Notes: generated from the sequence alone by a model not told the origin. A DNA stretch of 64,000 nucleotides from an uncultured Veillonellaceae bacterium (GCA_963805085.1 CAWDTA010000001.1:128001-192000), one strand, 5' to 3'. Positions 50,507-63,689 are shown, counted from the first letter of the stretch. A program made the numbers and translations.

Positions 50507-51499
50507 ATGGAATTGAAAGAGCTTGGTGAATTTGGCTTGATTGATTTGATTAAACAAGATTGTATTGTTGACGCTAGTACTGTTGTTGTTGGTATCGGTG
50601 ATGATGCGGCGGTCATCATGCCTACGAAAGATATGTTACAGCTTATTAGCACCGATATGTTGATGGAGGGAGTTCATTTCGATTTATCTTTTATATCACC
50701 CTTTCAGTTAGGCTATAAATCGCTGGCAGTCAATTTAAGTGATATAGCGGCAATGGGCGGGATACCAAAGCAAGTTGTTGTATCGCTAGCATTGCCCAAA
50801 CAAATTGAGACGGAGTTCATCATTGAGTTATATCGTGGAATGAAGGACCTTGCCCGGCAGTTTGGTGTTAATATTGTTGGCGGCGATACTGTTTCAAGCT
50901 TGCATGGGATTGCGATTAATGTAACGGTCATCGGCGAAGTTACAGAGCAAAAATTGCAAAAGCGTAGTGGTGCAAAGCAGGGAGACCTGGTAGTTGTTAC
51001 TGGCACATTAGGTAGCTCAGCGGCCGGTCTTGCCTTACTACAAAACGGTGAATATACTACATGTGATTTTAGTGATTCATTAGTGAACGCACATTTAATG
51101 CCATTGCCGCAGGTGGTAATGGCCAATGATATCGCAAACTATTCCCATAGCATGAATGATATTAGTGATGGACTGGCTAGCGAAGCAAAGGAAATTGCGA
51201 TTGCCAGCGAAGTTGGGATGTGTTTATATGAAACAGAAATTCCATTATCACCAGAGTTAATAACAGCAAGTCGCGTGTTAAAAAAGTCTGCATTGGCATA
51301 TGCTTTATATGGTGGTGAAGATTATCAGTTGATTTTTACGATTGCGCCAGAAAAATATCAATTGCTAAAACAATGTCATTTAGTAAATAGCATTACTGTC
51401 ATTGGTGAGGTAACCCCACAAAATGGAGTCGTAGAATTGGTGCAGGAAGATCAACAGATTGTACAACTAGAGTCTAAAGGGTATAATCATTTTATATAG
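50507..51499 (+). CDS. thiL: Thiamine-monophosphate kinase
   Basis: GEFGLI, GIGDDAA, NLSDIAAMGG, GGDT, DISDGL, GGEDY. Confidence 0.95.
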   Translation: MELKELGEFGLIDLIKQDCIVDASTVVVGIGDDAAVIMPTKDMLQLISTDMLMEGVHFDLSFISPFQLGYKSLAVNLSDIAAMGGIPKQVVVSLALPKQIETEFIIELYRGMKDLARQFGVNIVGGDTVSSLHGIAINVTVIGEVTEQKLQKRSGAKQGDLVVVTGTLGSSAAGLALLQNGEYTTCDFSDSLVNAHLMPLPQVVMANDIANYSHSMNDISDGLASEAKEIAIASEVGMCLYETEIPLSPELITASRVLKKSALAYALYGGEDYQLIFTIAPEKYQLLKQCHLVNSITVIGEVTPQNGVVELVQEDQQIVQLESKGYNHFI

Positions 51500-51520
51500 A
51501 GTTTATAGGAGTGTTAGAAA

Positions 51521-51991
51521 ATGCAGGTAAAAACGTCATCACCAGAGCAAACGTATGCATTAGGGCAAGAGTTAGCTACCTATTTAGCTGACGGTATCGT
51601 CCTTTGCTTAGAAGGTGATTTAGGTGCTGGTAAGACTTTGTTTGTGAAGGGAATTGCGAATGGTTTAAAGGTAACTGAAGAGGTAACGAGTCCGACGTTT
51701 ACCATCATGAATATTTATCAAGGCGAAAAGACCATCTATCATTTCGATTTATACCGTTTGGAATTTGTCGAGGAGTTGCAAGATATCGGTTTTTATGAAT
51801 ATACAGAGAAAATAGATCAAGTAGTTATCCTTGAATGGCCCAATAAGTTTCCGGATGAATTGCCAGATGAGCATTTATGGATTAAAATTAGCCATAGCTT
51901 AGGTGAAAATGAAAGAATTTTTGATATTCGTTTGCAGGGCGAAAAATATAAAAGAGTCTATGAGGAGTTGAAACGAAGTTGCCAATTTTAG
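51521..51991 (+). CDS. tsaE: t6A biosynthesis ATPase TsaE
   Basis: GDLGAGKT, SPTF, HFDLYRL, EW. Confidence 0.95.
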   Translation: MQVKTSSPEQTYALGQELATYLADGIVLCLEGDLGAGKTLFVKGIANGLKVTEEVTSPTFTIMNIYQGEKTIYHFDLYRLEFVEELQDIGFYEYTEKIDQVVILEWPNKFPDELPDEHLWIKISHSLGENERIFDIRLQGEKYKRVYEELKRSCQF

Positions 51992-52689
51992 CAGTAGATA
52001 CAGCGACATTGGTGTCGAGTGTGGCCGTGACAGCAGGAGACAAAGTATTAGCAGAGTTAACGTTACAAACGAAATTAACCCATTCTGAAGTATTGATGCC
52101 ACATATCAAACAAATTTTAGAGATGACAAAACTAGAAAAGAGCAAAATTGAAGCGATTGCCATTAGTATCGGGCCAGGCTCATTTACTGGTCTTCGTATC
52201 GGACTTGCCACAGCAAAAAGTATTGCGTATGCACTTGATATTCCAATGATTGGGGTATCTACGCTTGCCGCGCTTGCCTATAATTATCCTGTTGAAGGTG
52301 TCTATTTAGCGCCAATGCTTGATGCACAAAAGGGGAATGTATATGTTGCGTTATATACTTGGATCAATGGTGAATTGAAAGAAGTCTATGAACCAGTGGT
52401 AAGACCTTTTGAATCAGTACTGGAAATTAGTCAGACTTTAGATAAAACGGTTATTTTACAAGGCGAAGTTGCAGTGAAAAATGCAGCTAAAATTAAAGAG
52501 ACCGCTGGAAATATTCGTGTGGCAATGCCACATACGATTATGCCTAGGGCTGCAAGTGTTGCAATGCTTGGACAGGCTATGATGGAAAAAGGCATGATAC
52601 ATGATGTTATGACGTTAGAGCCACTATACATTAGACGTTCAGAAGCGGAAGAACTTTGGGAACGAAGAAATGGAATTAAAAATGACTGA
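51979..52689 (+). CDS. tsaB: t6A biosynthesis protein TsaB
   Basis: LAVDTA, HSE.LM, GPGSFTGLRIG, P.YIR. Confidence 0.95.
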   Translation: MPILAVDTATLVSSVAVTAGDKVLAELTLQTKLTHSEVLMPHIKQILEMTKLEKSKIEAIAISIGPGSFTGLRIGLATAKSIAYALDIPMIGVSTLAALAYNYPVEGVYLAPMLDAQKGNVYVALYTWINGELKEVYEPVVRPFESVLEISQTLDKTVILQGEVAVKNAAKIKETAGNIRVAMPHTIMPRAASVAMLGQAMMEKGMIHDVMTLEPLYIRRSEAEELWERRNGIKND

Positions 52690-53128
52690 ACTTACATATC
52701 GGGAAATGACGGAAAAGGATCTTGATGCTGTTGTCATTGTAGAGAATCAGTCATTCTCCTCACCTTGGACTCGGCAAGCTTTCAACGATGAGCTAGAAAA
52801 TCAGTTGGCCTATTATTTACTGGCAATTTTTGATGACAGAGTCGTTGGTTATGTAGGAATGTGGCTAATTCTTGATGAAGCGCATATTACCAATGTTGCT
52901 GTTTTGCCTAGCTATAGAAAGCTTGGCATTGGAAAATGTATGATGCGGAAAGCTTTAGATATTGCTAAGGCAAAGGGCGCACTTTCCATGACGCTTGAAG
53001 TCAGACCATCAAATGCAGTAGCGCTGGTATTATATAAAAATATAGGGTTTGAAAATGCGGGATTAAGAAAAAAATATTATGAAGATACTCAGGAAGATGC
53101 AATTATTATGTGGCTTCGTGAACTATAA
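52670..53128 (+). CDS. rimI: Ribosomal protein S18 alanine N-acetyltransferase
   Basis: F..PW, EAHITNVAV, TLEVRPSN, RKKYY, EDA; the start may be ATG 52682. Confidence 0.93.
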   Translation: MELKMTELTYREMTEKDLDAVVIVENQSFSSPWTRQAFNDELENQLAYYLLAIFDDRVVGYVGMWLILDEAHITNVAVLPSYRKLGIGKCMMRKALDIAKAKGALSMTLEVRPSNAVALVLYKNIGFENAGLRKKYYEDTQEDAIIMWLREL

Positions 53129-53229
53129 TAGACAAAAAAATAGGCCGCTTTCGCAGGCCTTAGGGTGATTGGTAATATACTATATGTTATCACGATCAAT
53201 TTGGTTACTTAGATAATGGAGGTAGTAGA

Positions 53230-54270
53230 TTGGATATAGAAACAAATAAGGAAAAACCATGTTTAACATTAGCGATTGAAACAAGTTGTGACGAAACATC
53301 TGCGGCAATCATCGCCGATGGCCGTACTGTTCTAGCAAATATTATTTCAACACAAATTCCTGTTCATCAAAAATTTGGTGGTGTTGTGCCTGAAATCGCG
53401 TCTCGTAAACATATTGAAAATGTGATTCCTGTTATCGATGAATGCTTGAAGCAAGCCAATGTAAAATTAACGGAGATTTCCCATATTGGTGTCACGTATG
53501 GTCCGGGCTTAGTTGGGGCATTATTGGTAGGGGTAGCAGCGGCGAAAGCCTTGGCTTATACTTTAGATGTGCCGTTAATTGGGGTCAACCATTTAGAAGG
53601 ACACATCTTTGCGAATTTTTTGGCCAATCCTGACCTAGAACCACCATTTATAGCTTTAGTGGTATCTGGTGGGCATACATCACTTGTCCATGTAAAGGGA
53701 TATAACGAGTTTCAACTTCTTGGGCAAACCCGTGACGATGCAGCAGGTGAGGCTTTTGATAAAGTGGCTCGGGTTATGGGACTTCCTTACCCTGGTGGGC
53801 CACAAATTGATAAATTAGCACTGCAAGGTAACCCCGAGGCAATTGTTTTTCCTAAGGCACTAAATGAAAAAGGGAATTTTGAATTTAGTTTCAGTGGATT
53901 GAAATCTGCCGTACTTAACCATATTAATAGTGCCAAGCAAAAAGGCGAGGTAATTAATAATGCTGATGTGGCAGCAAGTTTCCAAAAAGCAGTTGTCGAT
54001 GTACTTACGGATAAAGCCTTGTCTGCAGTAAAGAAAATAAAGGTAAATACACTAGTACTAGCTGGTGGAGTAGCGGCGAACAGTGCACTTAATGCAAAAT
54101 TTACTGCCAATTGTGAAAAAGAAGGAATCAAATTTTATCATCCTAACATCATTTTATGCACAGATAATGCGGCAATGATTGCCTGTCGAGCATATTATCA
54201 AAGTAGGGCGGGCCTTTACGCCGATCTTTATTTGAATGCAGTGCCAAGTTTGAAATTAACCAACTTATAA
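53230..54270 (+). CDS. tsaD: t6A threonylcarbamoyltransferase TsaD
   Basis: [47 protein letters not shown]. Confidence 0.96.
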   Translation: MDIETNKEKPCLTLAIETSCDETSAAIIADGRTVLANIISTQIPVHQKFGGVVPEIASRKHIENVIPVIDECLKQANVKLTEISHIGVTYGPGLVGALLVGVAAAKALAYTLDVPLIGVNHLEGHIFANFLANPDLEPPFIALVVSGGHTSLVHVKGYNEFQLLGQTRDDAAGEAFDKVARVMGLPYPGGPQIDKLALQGNPEAIVFPKALNEKGNFEFSFSGLKSAVLNHINSAKQKGEVINNADVAASFQKAVVDVLTDKALSAVKKIKVNTLVLAGGVAANSALNAKFTANCEKEGIKFYHPNIILCTDNAAMIACRAYYQSRAGLYADLYLNAVPSLKLTNL

Positions 54271-54435
54271 AAGGTGTTTATGGAGTGTGCGATAATTATG
54301 ACATAAGGCGTTTTTAGTATAGATCAATTTTGTACTTTGTATATTTTATAAATTTATAAAATTCCCAGAGGATTTCACAAAATTAAGTTGAAGTTTATAT
54401 TTTATGTTGATGGATTGGGAGGGTTTTTTTCTAAT

Positions 54436-55866
54436 ATGGGATTTCTTTTAGATAAATGTCGGCAAATGACAAATTTATCTACCGTACAAATTGATATTTT
54501 AGATAAACTTAGTAGAAGTTTTCCTCTAGTATCAGATTTATCACATGCACATTTAACGGTGTATGCAAAAGTGGCAGATAAAGATGAGATTGTTGTAATC
54601 GCACAAATTGAACCGAATACTAGCTTTAGTCAATACAGGCCTAGTATCCTTGGAACCACTGTACGCACGGCTGAAGAACCTTTGGTGTGGCGTACCATGA
54701 CAACAGGTGAAGCGATTAAGGGAAAGCGTGAATGGGCTTGGGGCTTTATGTTATTAGATATGTATACCTTTGCAATCTATGATTATGACGAGCAGATCAT
54801 TGCCAGTGTAAGTTTTGAAACGAATTCAGAGGAATTGCGTATTGAAGGGTATGACTATTTATTAGAAACTGCATATAAACTGTTATTGAATGTAAAACTA
54901 CCAATAGATACAGAACTATATCGGCCTTTATCAGCGAGTGATGGGATTATTATTACCGATAAGCGTAGCAAAATAGTTTTTGCCAACACTGCGGCAAGTA
55001 GTATTTACAAAGTGCTGGGCGTTGGTAAAATGGTTGGTCATCATATTTTTGATCGCCAGATTACGATGCATATTACAAAAGAAACAACCGTGAGCCAAAG
55101 ACCCTATGAGAAAGAAATAGAAGCGGGAAATTTGGTCTTAGTTCAACGGAATATTCCTTTAATGAAAAATGATCAATTGGTGAGAACCGTTATTGTTGTT
55201 TCTGATGTTACAGAGTTAAAGAAAAAAGAAAAAGAATTGCTAATTAAATCTGCTGTTATTCAAGAAATTCATCATCGAGTCAAAAATAACTTGCAAACGA
55301 TTGCAAGTTTATTACGTTTACAATCGAGGCGTACCAATTCTGAAGAGGTTAAAGCAGCGCTGCGCGAAAGTGTGAATCGAATCCTTAGTATTTCGGTAGT
55401 GCACGAATTTTTATCACAACAGGATGCGGAAATTATTGATGTGGTTGAAGTTGCAAAAAATATTTTAGATTTGGTTATTCAGAATATGTTAGAACCTGAT
55501 TTTACACTCGAAACTAAATTTAGAGGCGAGACGATCATCTTACCATCAGAGCATGCCAGCAGTTTGGCGTTGGTTATGAATGAATTGATTCAAAACTCCA
55601 TTGAACATGGGTTTATTGGTTTAAAACAAGGCGTTATTGGTTTGGATATTACAACCAATAATGATAATTACCTAATTGATATTTACGATAATGGGACTGG
55701 GATACCTGAAAGCTTTAAACCGCAGGCGTCAAAAAGTTTGGGATTGCAAATTGTTAGGACGTTGATTGAAGATGATCTTAATGGAACTTTTGAATTGTAT
55801 AACGATCATGGGACGCATGCCAAAATAAAAATTCCCCGTAAAGTGGAGGGAGGAAACAGTAGATGA
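54436..55866 (+). CDS. Cytoplasmic sensor histidine kinase, PdtaS/EutW-like (H_kinase_N, PAS, HisKA_2)
   Basis: EIHHRVKNNLQTIASLL, NELIQNS.EHG, DNG.G, LGLQIV; no TM segment; ATG 54436 after GGGAGGG. Confidence 0.9.
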   Translation: MGFLLDKCRQMTNLSTVQIDILDKLSRSFPLVSDLSHAHLTVYAKVADKDEIVVIAQIEPNTSFSQYRPSILGTTVRTAEEPLVWRTMTTGEAIKGKREWAWGFMLLDMYTFAIYDYDEQIIASVSFETNSEELRIEGYDYLLETAYKLLLNVKLPIDTELYRPLSASDGIIITDKRSKIVFANTAASSIYKVLGVGKMVGHHIFDRQITMHITKETTVSQRPYEKEIEAGNLVLVQRNIPLMKNDQLVRTVIVVSDVTELKKKEKELLIKSAVIQEIHHRVKNNLQTIASLLRLQSRRTNSEEVKAALRESVNRILSISVVHEFLSQQDAEIIDVVEVAKNILDLVIQNMLEPDFTLETKFRGETIILPSEHASSLALVMNELIQNSIEHGFIGLKQGVIGLDITTNNDNYLIDIYDNGTGIPESFKPQASKSLGLQIVRTLIEDDLNGTFELYNDHGTHAKIKIPRKVEGGNSR

Positions 55867-56444
55867 GAGCTTTGAAAATTGTAATTGCTGATAATGAGTC
55901 TATCATTCGAATGGATTTAAAAGAGATTTTAGAAGAAGCTGGTCATGAAGTTGTTGGCGAAGCAACAGATGGTGCAAAAGCGATTGATTTAACACGCAAA
56001 TTTAAACCAGATCTGGTTATTATGGATATTAAGATGCCAGAGATGGATGGCATTGCAGCTGCTAAGGTTATTTCTAATGATAAAATTGCCCCGGTTTTGC
56101 TCCTCACGGCATTTAGTCAAAAAGAAATCGTCGATAAAGCAAAAGACTCTGGCGTGCTGGCTTATTTAGTAAAGCCAGTGAAAGAAAGTAATTTATTTCC
56201 AGCAATGGAAATTGCCATGTCGCGGTTTGAAGAGATTGAACAATTGGAACATGAGCTAGACGACGTGAAAAATTCCCTAGAGATGCGGAAGATTCTGGAC
56301 CGTGCGAAAGGTATTTTAATGGATGCCTATAGCTTAAGTGAAAGTGAAGCATATCGGAGAATTCAACAATATAGCATGGCAAAACGTAAGACAATTAAAG
56401 AAGTCGCTCAAGCAATTATAGATTCTGTTTTAAAAAATAAATAA
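55863..56444 (+). CDS. ANTAR-domain response regulator (PdtaR/EutV-like)
   Basis: Receiver MDIKMP..DG, LTAFS, KP; ANTAR RKILDRAKGILM...SESEAY..IQ..SM. Confidence 0.93.
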   Translation: MRALKIVIADNESIIRMDLKEILEEAGHEVVGEATDGAKAIDLTRKFKPDLVIMDIKMPEMDGIAAAKVISNDKIAPVLLLTAFSQKEIVDKAKDSGVLAYLVKPVKESNLFPAMEIAMSRFEEIEQLEHELDDVKNSLEMRKILDRAKGILMDAYSLSESEAYRRIQQYSMAKRKTIKEVAQAIIDSVLKNK

Positions 56445-56455
56445 TTTATAGCATG

Positions 56456-56492
56456 TAAAAGCGTTCTAGAAATTTCACTAGAACGCTTTTTA
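56456..56492 (+). terminator. Intrinsic terminator
   Basis: aaaagcgttctag-aaatttca-ctagaacgctttt. Confidence 0.8.
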
Positions 56493-56698
56493 TTTGATAG
56501 CATGTATAAATAACTGGTAATTGCATATAATTTTACTATGTGATTGTATATGTTTTATATATGATGGCGTAATATTGAGCAATTTTGCAATAAAAGTTGA
56601 TTTCAACAGGATTTTGCAAAATTTTTTTCGTAAAAAGGTAAAAATTTGATTATTGGTATTGCTTTTTATCGGCGAATTTTATATTATGAAATATGTAA

Positions 56699-56727
56699 TT
56701 AGCACTCACTACTAAATAGAGTGCTAA
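56699..56727 (+). promoter_or_regulatory. CIRCE (HrcA operator)
   Basis: TTAGCACTC-N11-GAGTGCTAA; arms are perfect, the spacer is 2 nt longer than the canonical N9. Confidence 0.85.
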
Positions 56728-56769
56728 CAAAATTAAAATTTTATATATTATAAAGGAGGTCACTACAAA

Positions 56770-58752
<1,983 letters not shown>

Positions 58753-58876
58753 TTAACGCTTTTACAAATACCACGATTTGTAACGTTTCAGATCTTTTAT
58801 TATGAATGAAAAAACACACTTACAATTTTGTAAGTGTGTTTTTTGTTGCCGAAATTTTGTTGTCTGTGCAATATCC

Positions 58877-59857
58877 TTATATCAAGCCAATTGCAAATTG
58901 TACAAGCAAAGATACAACTGCAACGGCGATCCAACAGGCGAGTCCGAGGATAATTGGGCGAATACCGTTATTGATGAGCTGTTTTAAGTTGGTGTTTAAA
59001 CCAATTGCGCTCATGGCTAAGATGATGCAAAACTTACCAGCATTGCCTAGAAATTTTGATAGCTCTGTAGGTAATACACCGATCGTATTTACGATGGATG
59101 CAACGACAAACCAAAGGATAAAGTAAGGAAAAATTTTTGCAATGTTGAAGTTGCCAGCTTTGGCACTATTTCTAGAGGTTATAATGGCTAGAATAATACA
59201 AATTGGAACAATCATCAAAGCGCGGGTCAATTTTACAATTGTCGCATAATCGCCAGCAGCTAAACTGTAAGAATAACCAGCCGCTACAACCGAAGAAGTA
59301 TCATTGATGGCAGTACCTGCCCACATACCAAACCCTGTATCGGAAAAATTGAAGTAATGGCCTAATGCAGGAAAGATGAATACAGCTATAACATTGAATA
59401 AAAAAATCGTTGATATGGAAAAAGCAACTGTTTTATCTTTCGCACCGATGACGGGAGCAATCGCTGCAATAGCAGAGCCACCACAAATTGCAGTGCCTCC
59501 ACCTACTAATAAAGTAGTGTGCATATCTAATTTCAAGAGTTTACCAACAAAAAATGCCGTTAAGAATGCGGTGCTTAAGGTGCAAAACATGACCGATAAA
59601 GATTGTGTGCCAACGTTAAGTACAACATATAAGTTCATTTCGAAACCGAGTAAGATAATAGAGTATTGTAAAATCTTTTTACCTGTAAACTTAATGCCTG
59701 CTTCCAGTGCTTCTGGACGCTTAAAGCTGGCGGCGAGCATTCCTAATAAAATACCAAATACTGGACCACCGATAATTGGAAACTGATTACCTAAAAACCA
59801 AGCTGGTATAGCAAAAATAAGTGAAAAAATGATACCTTTTAATAATTTTAAATTCAT
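58877..59857 (-). CDS. YeiH family putative sulfate exporter membrane protein
   Basis: GTAICGGSAIAA, GTAINDTSSV, VKLTR, AMSAIGL. Confidence 0.9.
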   Translation of the reverse strand: MNLKLLKGIIFSLIFAIPAWFLGNQFPIIGGPVFGILLGMLAASFKRPEALEAGIKFTGKKILQYSIILLGFEMNLYVVLNVGTQSLSVMFCTLSTAFLTAFFVGKLLKLDMHTTLLVGGGTAICGGSAIAAIAPVIGAKDKTVAFSISTIFLFNVIAVFIFPALGHYFNFSDTGFGMWAGTAINDTSSVVAAGYSYSLAAGDYATIVKLTRALMIVPICIILAIITSRNSAKAGNFNIAKIFPYFILWFVVASIVNTIGVLPTELSKFLGNAGKFCIILAMSAIGLNTNLKQLINNGIRPIILGLACWIAVAVVSLLVQFAIGLI

Positions 59858-59965
59858 AAAATGTCATCTCCTTTTGTTGAAGCTAGTGTAACATTTGCAT
59901 ATACATATGTAAAATAATATAATTAAATAAAAACGATAGGCTAATACCTATATATGGAGGGTATA

Positions 59966-60850
59966 ATGACACTAAGACATTTAACGATCTTTATTTTTGT
60001 TTGTGATGAGGGGAGTATGACAAGAGCGGCGGATAAAATGCATATGGCCCAGCCGTCGGTGAGTCAAGTGATTAGCGAACTGGAAAAACATTATAATGTA
60101 CGTTTATTTGAACGCTTGGGGAGACAGCTATTTTTAACGGTGGCAGGTGAAAAATTGCTGACCTATGCTAGGCATATTGTGAATCTAAATAATCAAACTG
60201 AGGAAGCAATGCGACGGTTTGGCAATATCTATCACGTTCGGCTCGGGGCCAGTGTTACGATTGGCGAATGCGTTTTGATTGATTTACTGAAGTCGTTGTA
60301 TAAAATTTATCCAGAGAATCAGATTACTTCTGCGATTCATAATACCGCGGTGCTAGAAGAAATGCTATTAACCGATGCACTCGACATTGCTATGATCGAA
60401 GGAAGAGTTCAATCGGAGTTTTTGATTACCAGCCCGTTTATGAATGATGAATTGATTTTCATTGCGAAAAAAAATCATCCATTAGCAAAGCAAGAGAAAA
60501 TTAGTTTTCTTGAGTTAGAAAACGTTGACTTTTTTGTGCGTGAAGAAGGCAGTGGAACACGAAATTTATTTGAACAGGTCATGAACAATCACAATATTCA
60601 TTGTCATATTATTGGAACTTATAATAATGCGGAAACAATAAAAAAAGCGGTTGAAGCAGGCATGGGCATCAGCGTAATATCCAAGCTGGCAGTAAGAGCT
60701 GAACTAGAAAGTGGTGAGCTTTGTCAATTGAAAGTTGATGAACTTGTTTTTAAGCGGAAATTTCATATTGTGTATCATAAAAATAAATATATTTCCGAAA
60801 CACTAAAGACAATTATAAATTTTTGTCAACATATGACGGAGGTGGAATAA
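59966..60850 (+). CDS. LysR-family regulator (YeiE/CysL-like), divergent from yeiH
   Basis: MTLRHL.IF, SMTRAA..HMAQPSVS, GASVTIGE, REEGSGTR. Confidence 0.92.
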   Translation: MTLRHLTIFIFVCDEGSMTRAADKMHMAQPSVSQVISELEKHYNVRLFERLGRQLFLTVAGEKLLTYARHIVNLNNQTEEAMRRFGNIYHVRLGASVTIGECVLIDLLKSLYKIYPENQITSAIHNTAVLEEMLLTDALDIAMIEGRVQSEFLITSPFMNDELIFIAKKNHPLAKQEKISFLELENVDFFVREEGSGTRNLFEQVMNNHNIHCHIIGTYNNAETIKKAVEAGMGISVISKLAVRAELESGELCQLKVDELVFKRKFHIVYHKNKYISETLKTIINFCQHMTEVE

Positions 60851-60902
60851 AAATGGTCTTTTCGCATAGAGTTTTATAAGTTAGATGCGAGGAGGACTTT
60901 TT

Positions 60903-61643
60903 ATGGTAATTAATTTACGTGGTTTGCTGAAAAACCGCAATGTCATGTGCGCTTTATTTGGCTTACTTGTACTCAGTGCAACGTATTTGCAGATTACAGA
61001 AATTTTGACAAGTGGACCTATTGCCATTGCAGGAACAAAGACAGAACAAAAAGTGGTAGCACTTACCTTTGATCATTCTTGGGGAAATAAATTCACGCCA
61101 GCCATTTTAGAAACTTTAAAACAAAATAATCAAAAAGTTACTTTTTTTATTATGGGACCATGGGCTTTGAAATATCCCGAAGTTGCCAAACAAATTGCTG
61201 CTGATGGGCATGAAATTGCTAGCCATGGTCATAGACATCAAAACTACGGTGATCGGACAGCGGAATGGGTTAGAAATGATTTGCAAACGGCGCATGCCGA
61301 AATTAAAGAAGCTACAGGTGTCGATTGTTCCTTGATGCGTCCGCCTAATGGAAGTTATAGTAAAGAATCGTTAAATACCGTGGATCAAATGGGATATAAA
61401 ACAATTATTTGGAATATCGATTCGTTAGATTGGAAAAATCCCGGACGTGATGTAGTGATCGAAAGAGTGATAAAACGGTTGAAACCTGGCGGGATTATTC
61501 TGATGCATGCTTCAGATACACCGCAGCAAACTGCCGAAGCCTTGCCAATTATTTTGGATAGAATCAAAGCAGAAGGATACAAAATAGTTACTGTAGGAGA
61601 ATTGCTTGCAAATTATGCCGAAGGTGGTGTGTTAAGACATTGA
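60903..61643 (+). CDS. pdaB: Polysaccharide deacetylase, PdaB-like sporulation family
   Basis: VALTFDHSWG, TFF..G.W, HEIASHGHRH, RPPNG, DSLDWKNPG, ILMHASD. Confidence 0.8.
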   Translation: MVINLRGLLKNRNVMCALFGLLVLSATYLQITEILTSGPIAIAGTKTEQKVVALTFDHSWGNKFTPAILETLKQNNQKVTFFIMGPWALKYPEVAKQIAADGHEIASHGHRHQNYGDRTAEWVRNDLQTAHAEIKEATGVDCSLMRPPNGSYSKESLNTVDQMGYKTIIWNIDSLDWKNPGRDVVIERVIKRLKPGGIILMHASDTPQQTAEALPIILDRIKAEGYKIVTVGELLANYAEGGVLRH

Positions 61644-61750
61644 TTAGTTTTAGCAATCTAGCAGGAAAATAAATATCTTAGCACGAAATATAAACAGTTA
61701 TGGAGTAAAAGAAACTTATTATTTATTTTTATGCAAGAGGTGAAACATTC

Positions 61751-62848
61751 ATGGCGAATACATTGACAGCAGCGCAAAAAGCAGCGGCAGGAGAAAGATT
61801 GACGTTAGAAGATGCGCTCAAGTTGTATCACTCTGATGATTTATTAAATTTAGCGACATGGGCGAGAGCGGCGAAAGAGCGTAAGAGTGGTAGGGAAGTT
61901 TATTATAATGTGAATCGGCATATAAACTTAACGAACATTTGCGTATCGGGATGTCCATTATGTGCTTTTGCTTGTAAACCAGAAGAAAAACGTGCGTATG
62001 TGATGAGTGAAGAGGAAGTTGTTGAAATCGTAAAAAGCACAGTAGCAAAAACCCCGGGGCTAAGCGAAATTCATATGGTGAGCGCGTTGCATCCAGATAA
62101 GAAGTTCGACTACTATTTAAATATTGTAAAAGCAGTGAAAAAGACATTGCCAGATGTGCATTTAAAAGCGTTTACACCAGTAGAAATCGTACATTTTGCC
62201 AAAATAGCGAATCAATCGATTGGCGAAGTATTGACGAGGTTAAAAGAAGCTGGGTTAGATTCTTTGCCAGGTGGTGGTGCGGAAATTTTGGACGATGAAG
62301 TTCGTAAGATCATTTGTCCCAACAAAGCAACGTCTGCCCAGTGGATTGAAACGATTAAGACAGCGCACAAGTTGGGTATTCTGACGAATGCTACGATATT
62401 ATATGGGCACGTAGAAACAATCGAGCAACGGCTCAAACATTTGATTACGCTTCGTGAGATTCAAGATGAAACTGGCGGATTCCAAGCGTTCGTTTCATTC
62501 CCATTTCATCCGGCGAATACAGGATTTCCTGAAATAAAGAGAGGTTCTTCATGGGAAGATTTAAAGTTTATTGCAATCGCCAGATTGGTCTTAGATAATT
62601 TTGACCATATTAAGGGCTTTTGGATGATGTTGACGATGCCGATTGCACAACTTTCTTTGGCTTTTGGGGTTGATGATTTAGATGGTACGGTCGAAGAAGA
62701 AAAAATTATTCATGCAGCTGGTGCGGAAACAAAAAAAGGAATTACCAAACAAGATATTATAAAAATTGTTTCTGAAACTGGCTATATCCCAGTGGAAAGA
62801 GATACTTTCTATCAACCAATTAAATTAGAAAGTAATGGAGTTGAGTAA
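61751..62848 (+). CDS. mqnE: Aminofutalosine synthase (radical SAM, CofH/MqnE family)
   Basis: NLTNICVSGCPLCAF, SLPGGGAE, NATILYGH, NFDHIK, DDLDGT; adjacent to mqnA/mqnC. Confidence 0.85.
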   Translation: MANTLTAAQKAAAGERLTLEDALKLYHSDDLLNLATWARAAKERKSGREVYYNVNRHINLTNICVSGCPLCAFACKPEEKRAYVMSEEEVVEIVKSTVAKTPGLSEIHMVSALHPDKKFDYYLNIVKAVKKTLPDVHLKAFTPVEIVHFAKIANQSIGEVLTRLKEAGLDSLPGGGAEILDDEVRKIICPNKATSAQWIETIKTAHKLGILTNATILYGHVETIEQRLKHLITLREIQDETGGFQAFVSFPFHPANTGFPEIKRGSSWEDLKFIAIARLVLDNFDHIKGFWMMLTMPIAQLSLAFGVDDLDGTVEEEKIIHAAGAETKKGITKQDIIKIVSETGYIPVERDTFYQPIKLESNGVE

Positions 62849-62849
62849 G

Positions 62850-63689
62850 ATGGCAAATCCAAAAGTAGGGCATATTAACTTTATCAATTGTTTGCCTTTG
62901 ACCTATAGTTTTCATGAAGATGGCTTTGATCAAGGTCTGGATATTCATGCGGCAGTACCTTCCGTGCTCAACAATGATATTGTCAATTCTCGTTTAGATG
63001 TTAGCCCGGTATCCTCGATTATTTATGCGCGTAATAGTGAAAAATTTATGATTTTACCGGATGTATCAATCACCGCAGATGGTGCAGTACAAAGTATTAT
63101 TTTAGTATCGAAAAGGCCCATTGAAGAATTAAAAACCGATAAAATTATTTTAACAGCAAAATCGGCAACGTCACATTGCTTGTTAAAAATCGTATTAAAT
63201 AAAAAGTATGGGGCGAAACCCAATTATTATATTCGCATTGTTGATATGCAAAAGATTATTCCTGATGATGCGACCGCTACATTATTAATTGGTGATGATG
63301 CGTTATATGCTTATCATAACCAACAAGATGGTTTATATTATTATGATATCGGTATAGAATGGAAAAAACTTACGGGGCTTCGTATGGTTTACGCAGTATG
63401 GGTTGTTAACCGCGATTTTGCAAAAAATAAACCAGAATTATTGCAACTGGTTTATGATAGGGTTACACGGGGTTTTAAAAATGGTTACAAGAAGAAAGCA
63501 AAAGCGATACATACCATCGTTTATGATAAACCGTTTACTTTTGCCCAATTGGATGATTATTTAGAAGTGATTACATGGGATTTTACGACTGAGCATAAAA
63601 AAGCTCTGTTAACTTTTTATGAAATGGCACATGAGTTGAATTTGATTGATCATGTACCAGAAATTGAAATCGCGGAGGTTTTTAAATGA
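62850..63689 (+). CDS. mqnA: Chorismate dehydratase (futalosine pathway)
   Basis: VGHINFINCLP, PS.LN, G.VQSI, SATS, LLIGDDAL, W...TGL..VYAVW. Confidence 0.88.
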   Translation: MANPKVGHINFINCLPLTYSFHEDGFDQGLDIHAAVPSVLNNDIVNSRLDVSPVSSIIYARNSEKFMILPDVSITADGAVQSIILVSKRPIEELKTDKIILTAKSATSHCLLKIVLNKKYGAKPNYYIRIVDMQKIIPDDATATLLIGDDALYAYHNQQDGLYYYDIGIEWKKLTGLRMVYAVWVVNRDFAKNKPELLQLVYDRVTRGFKNGYKKKAKAIHTIVYDKPFTFAQLDDYLEVITWDFTTEHKKALLTFYEMAHELNLIDHVPEIEIAEVFK

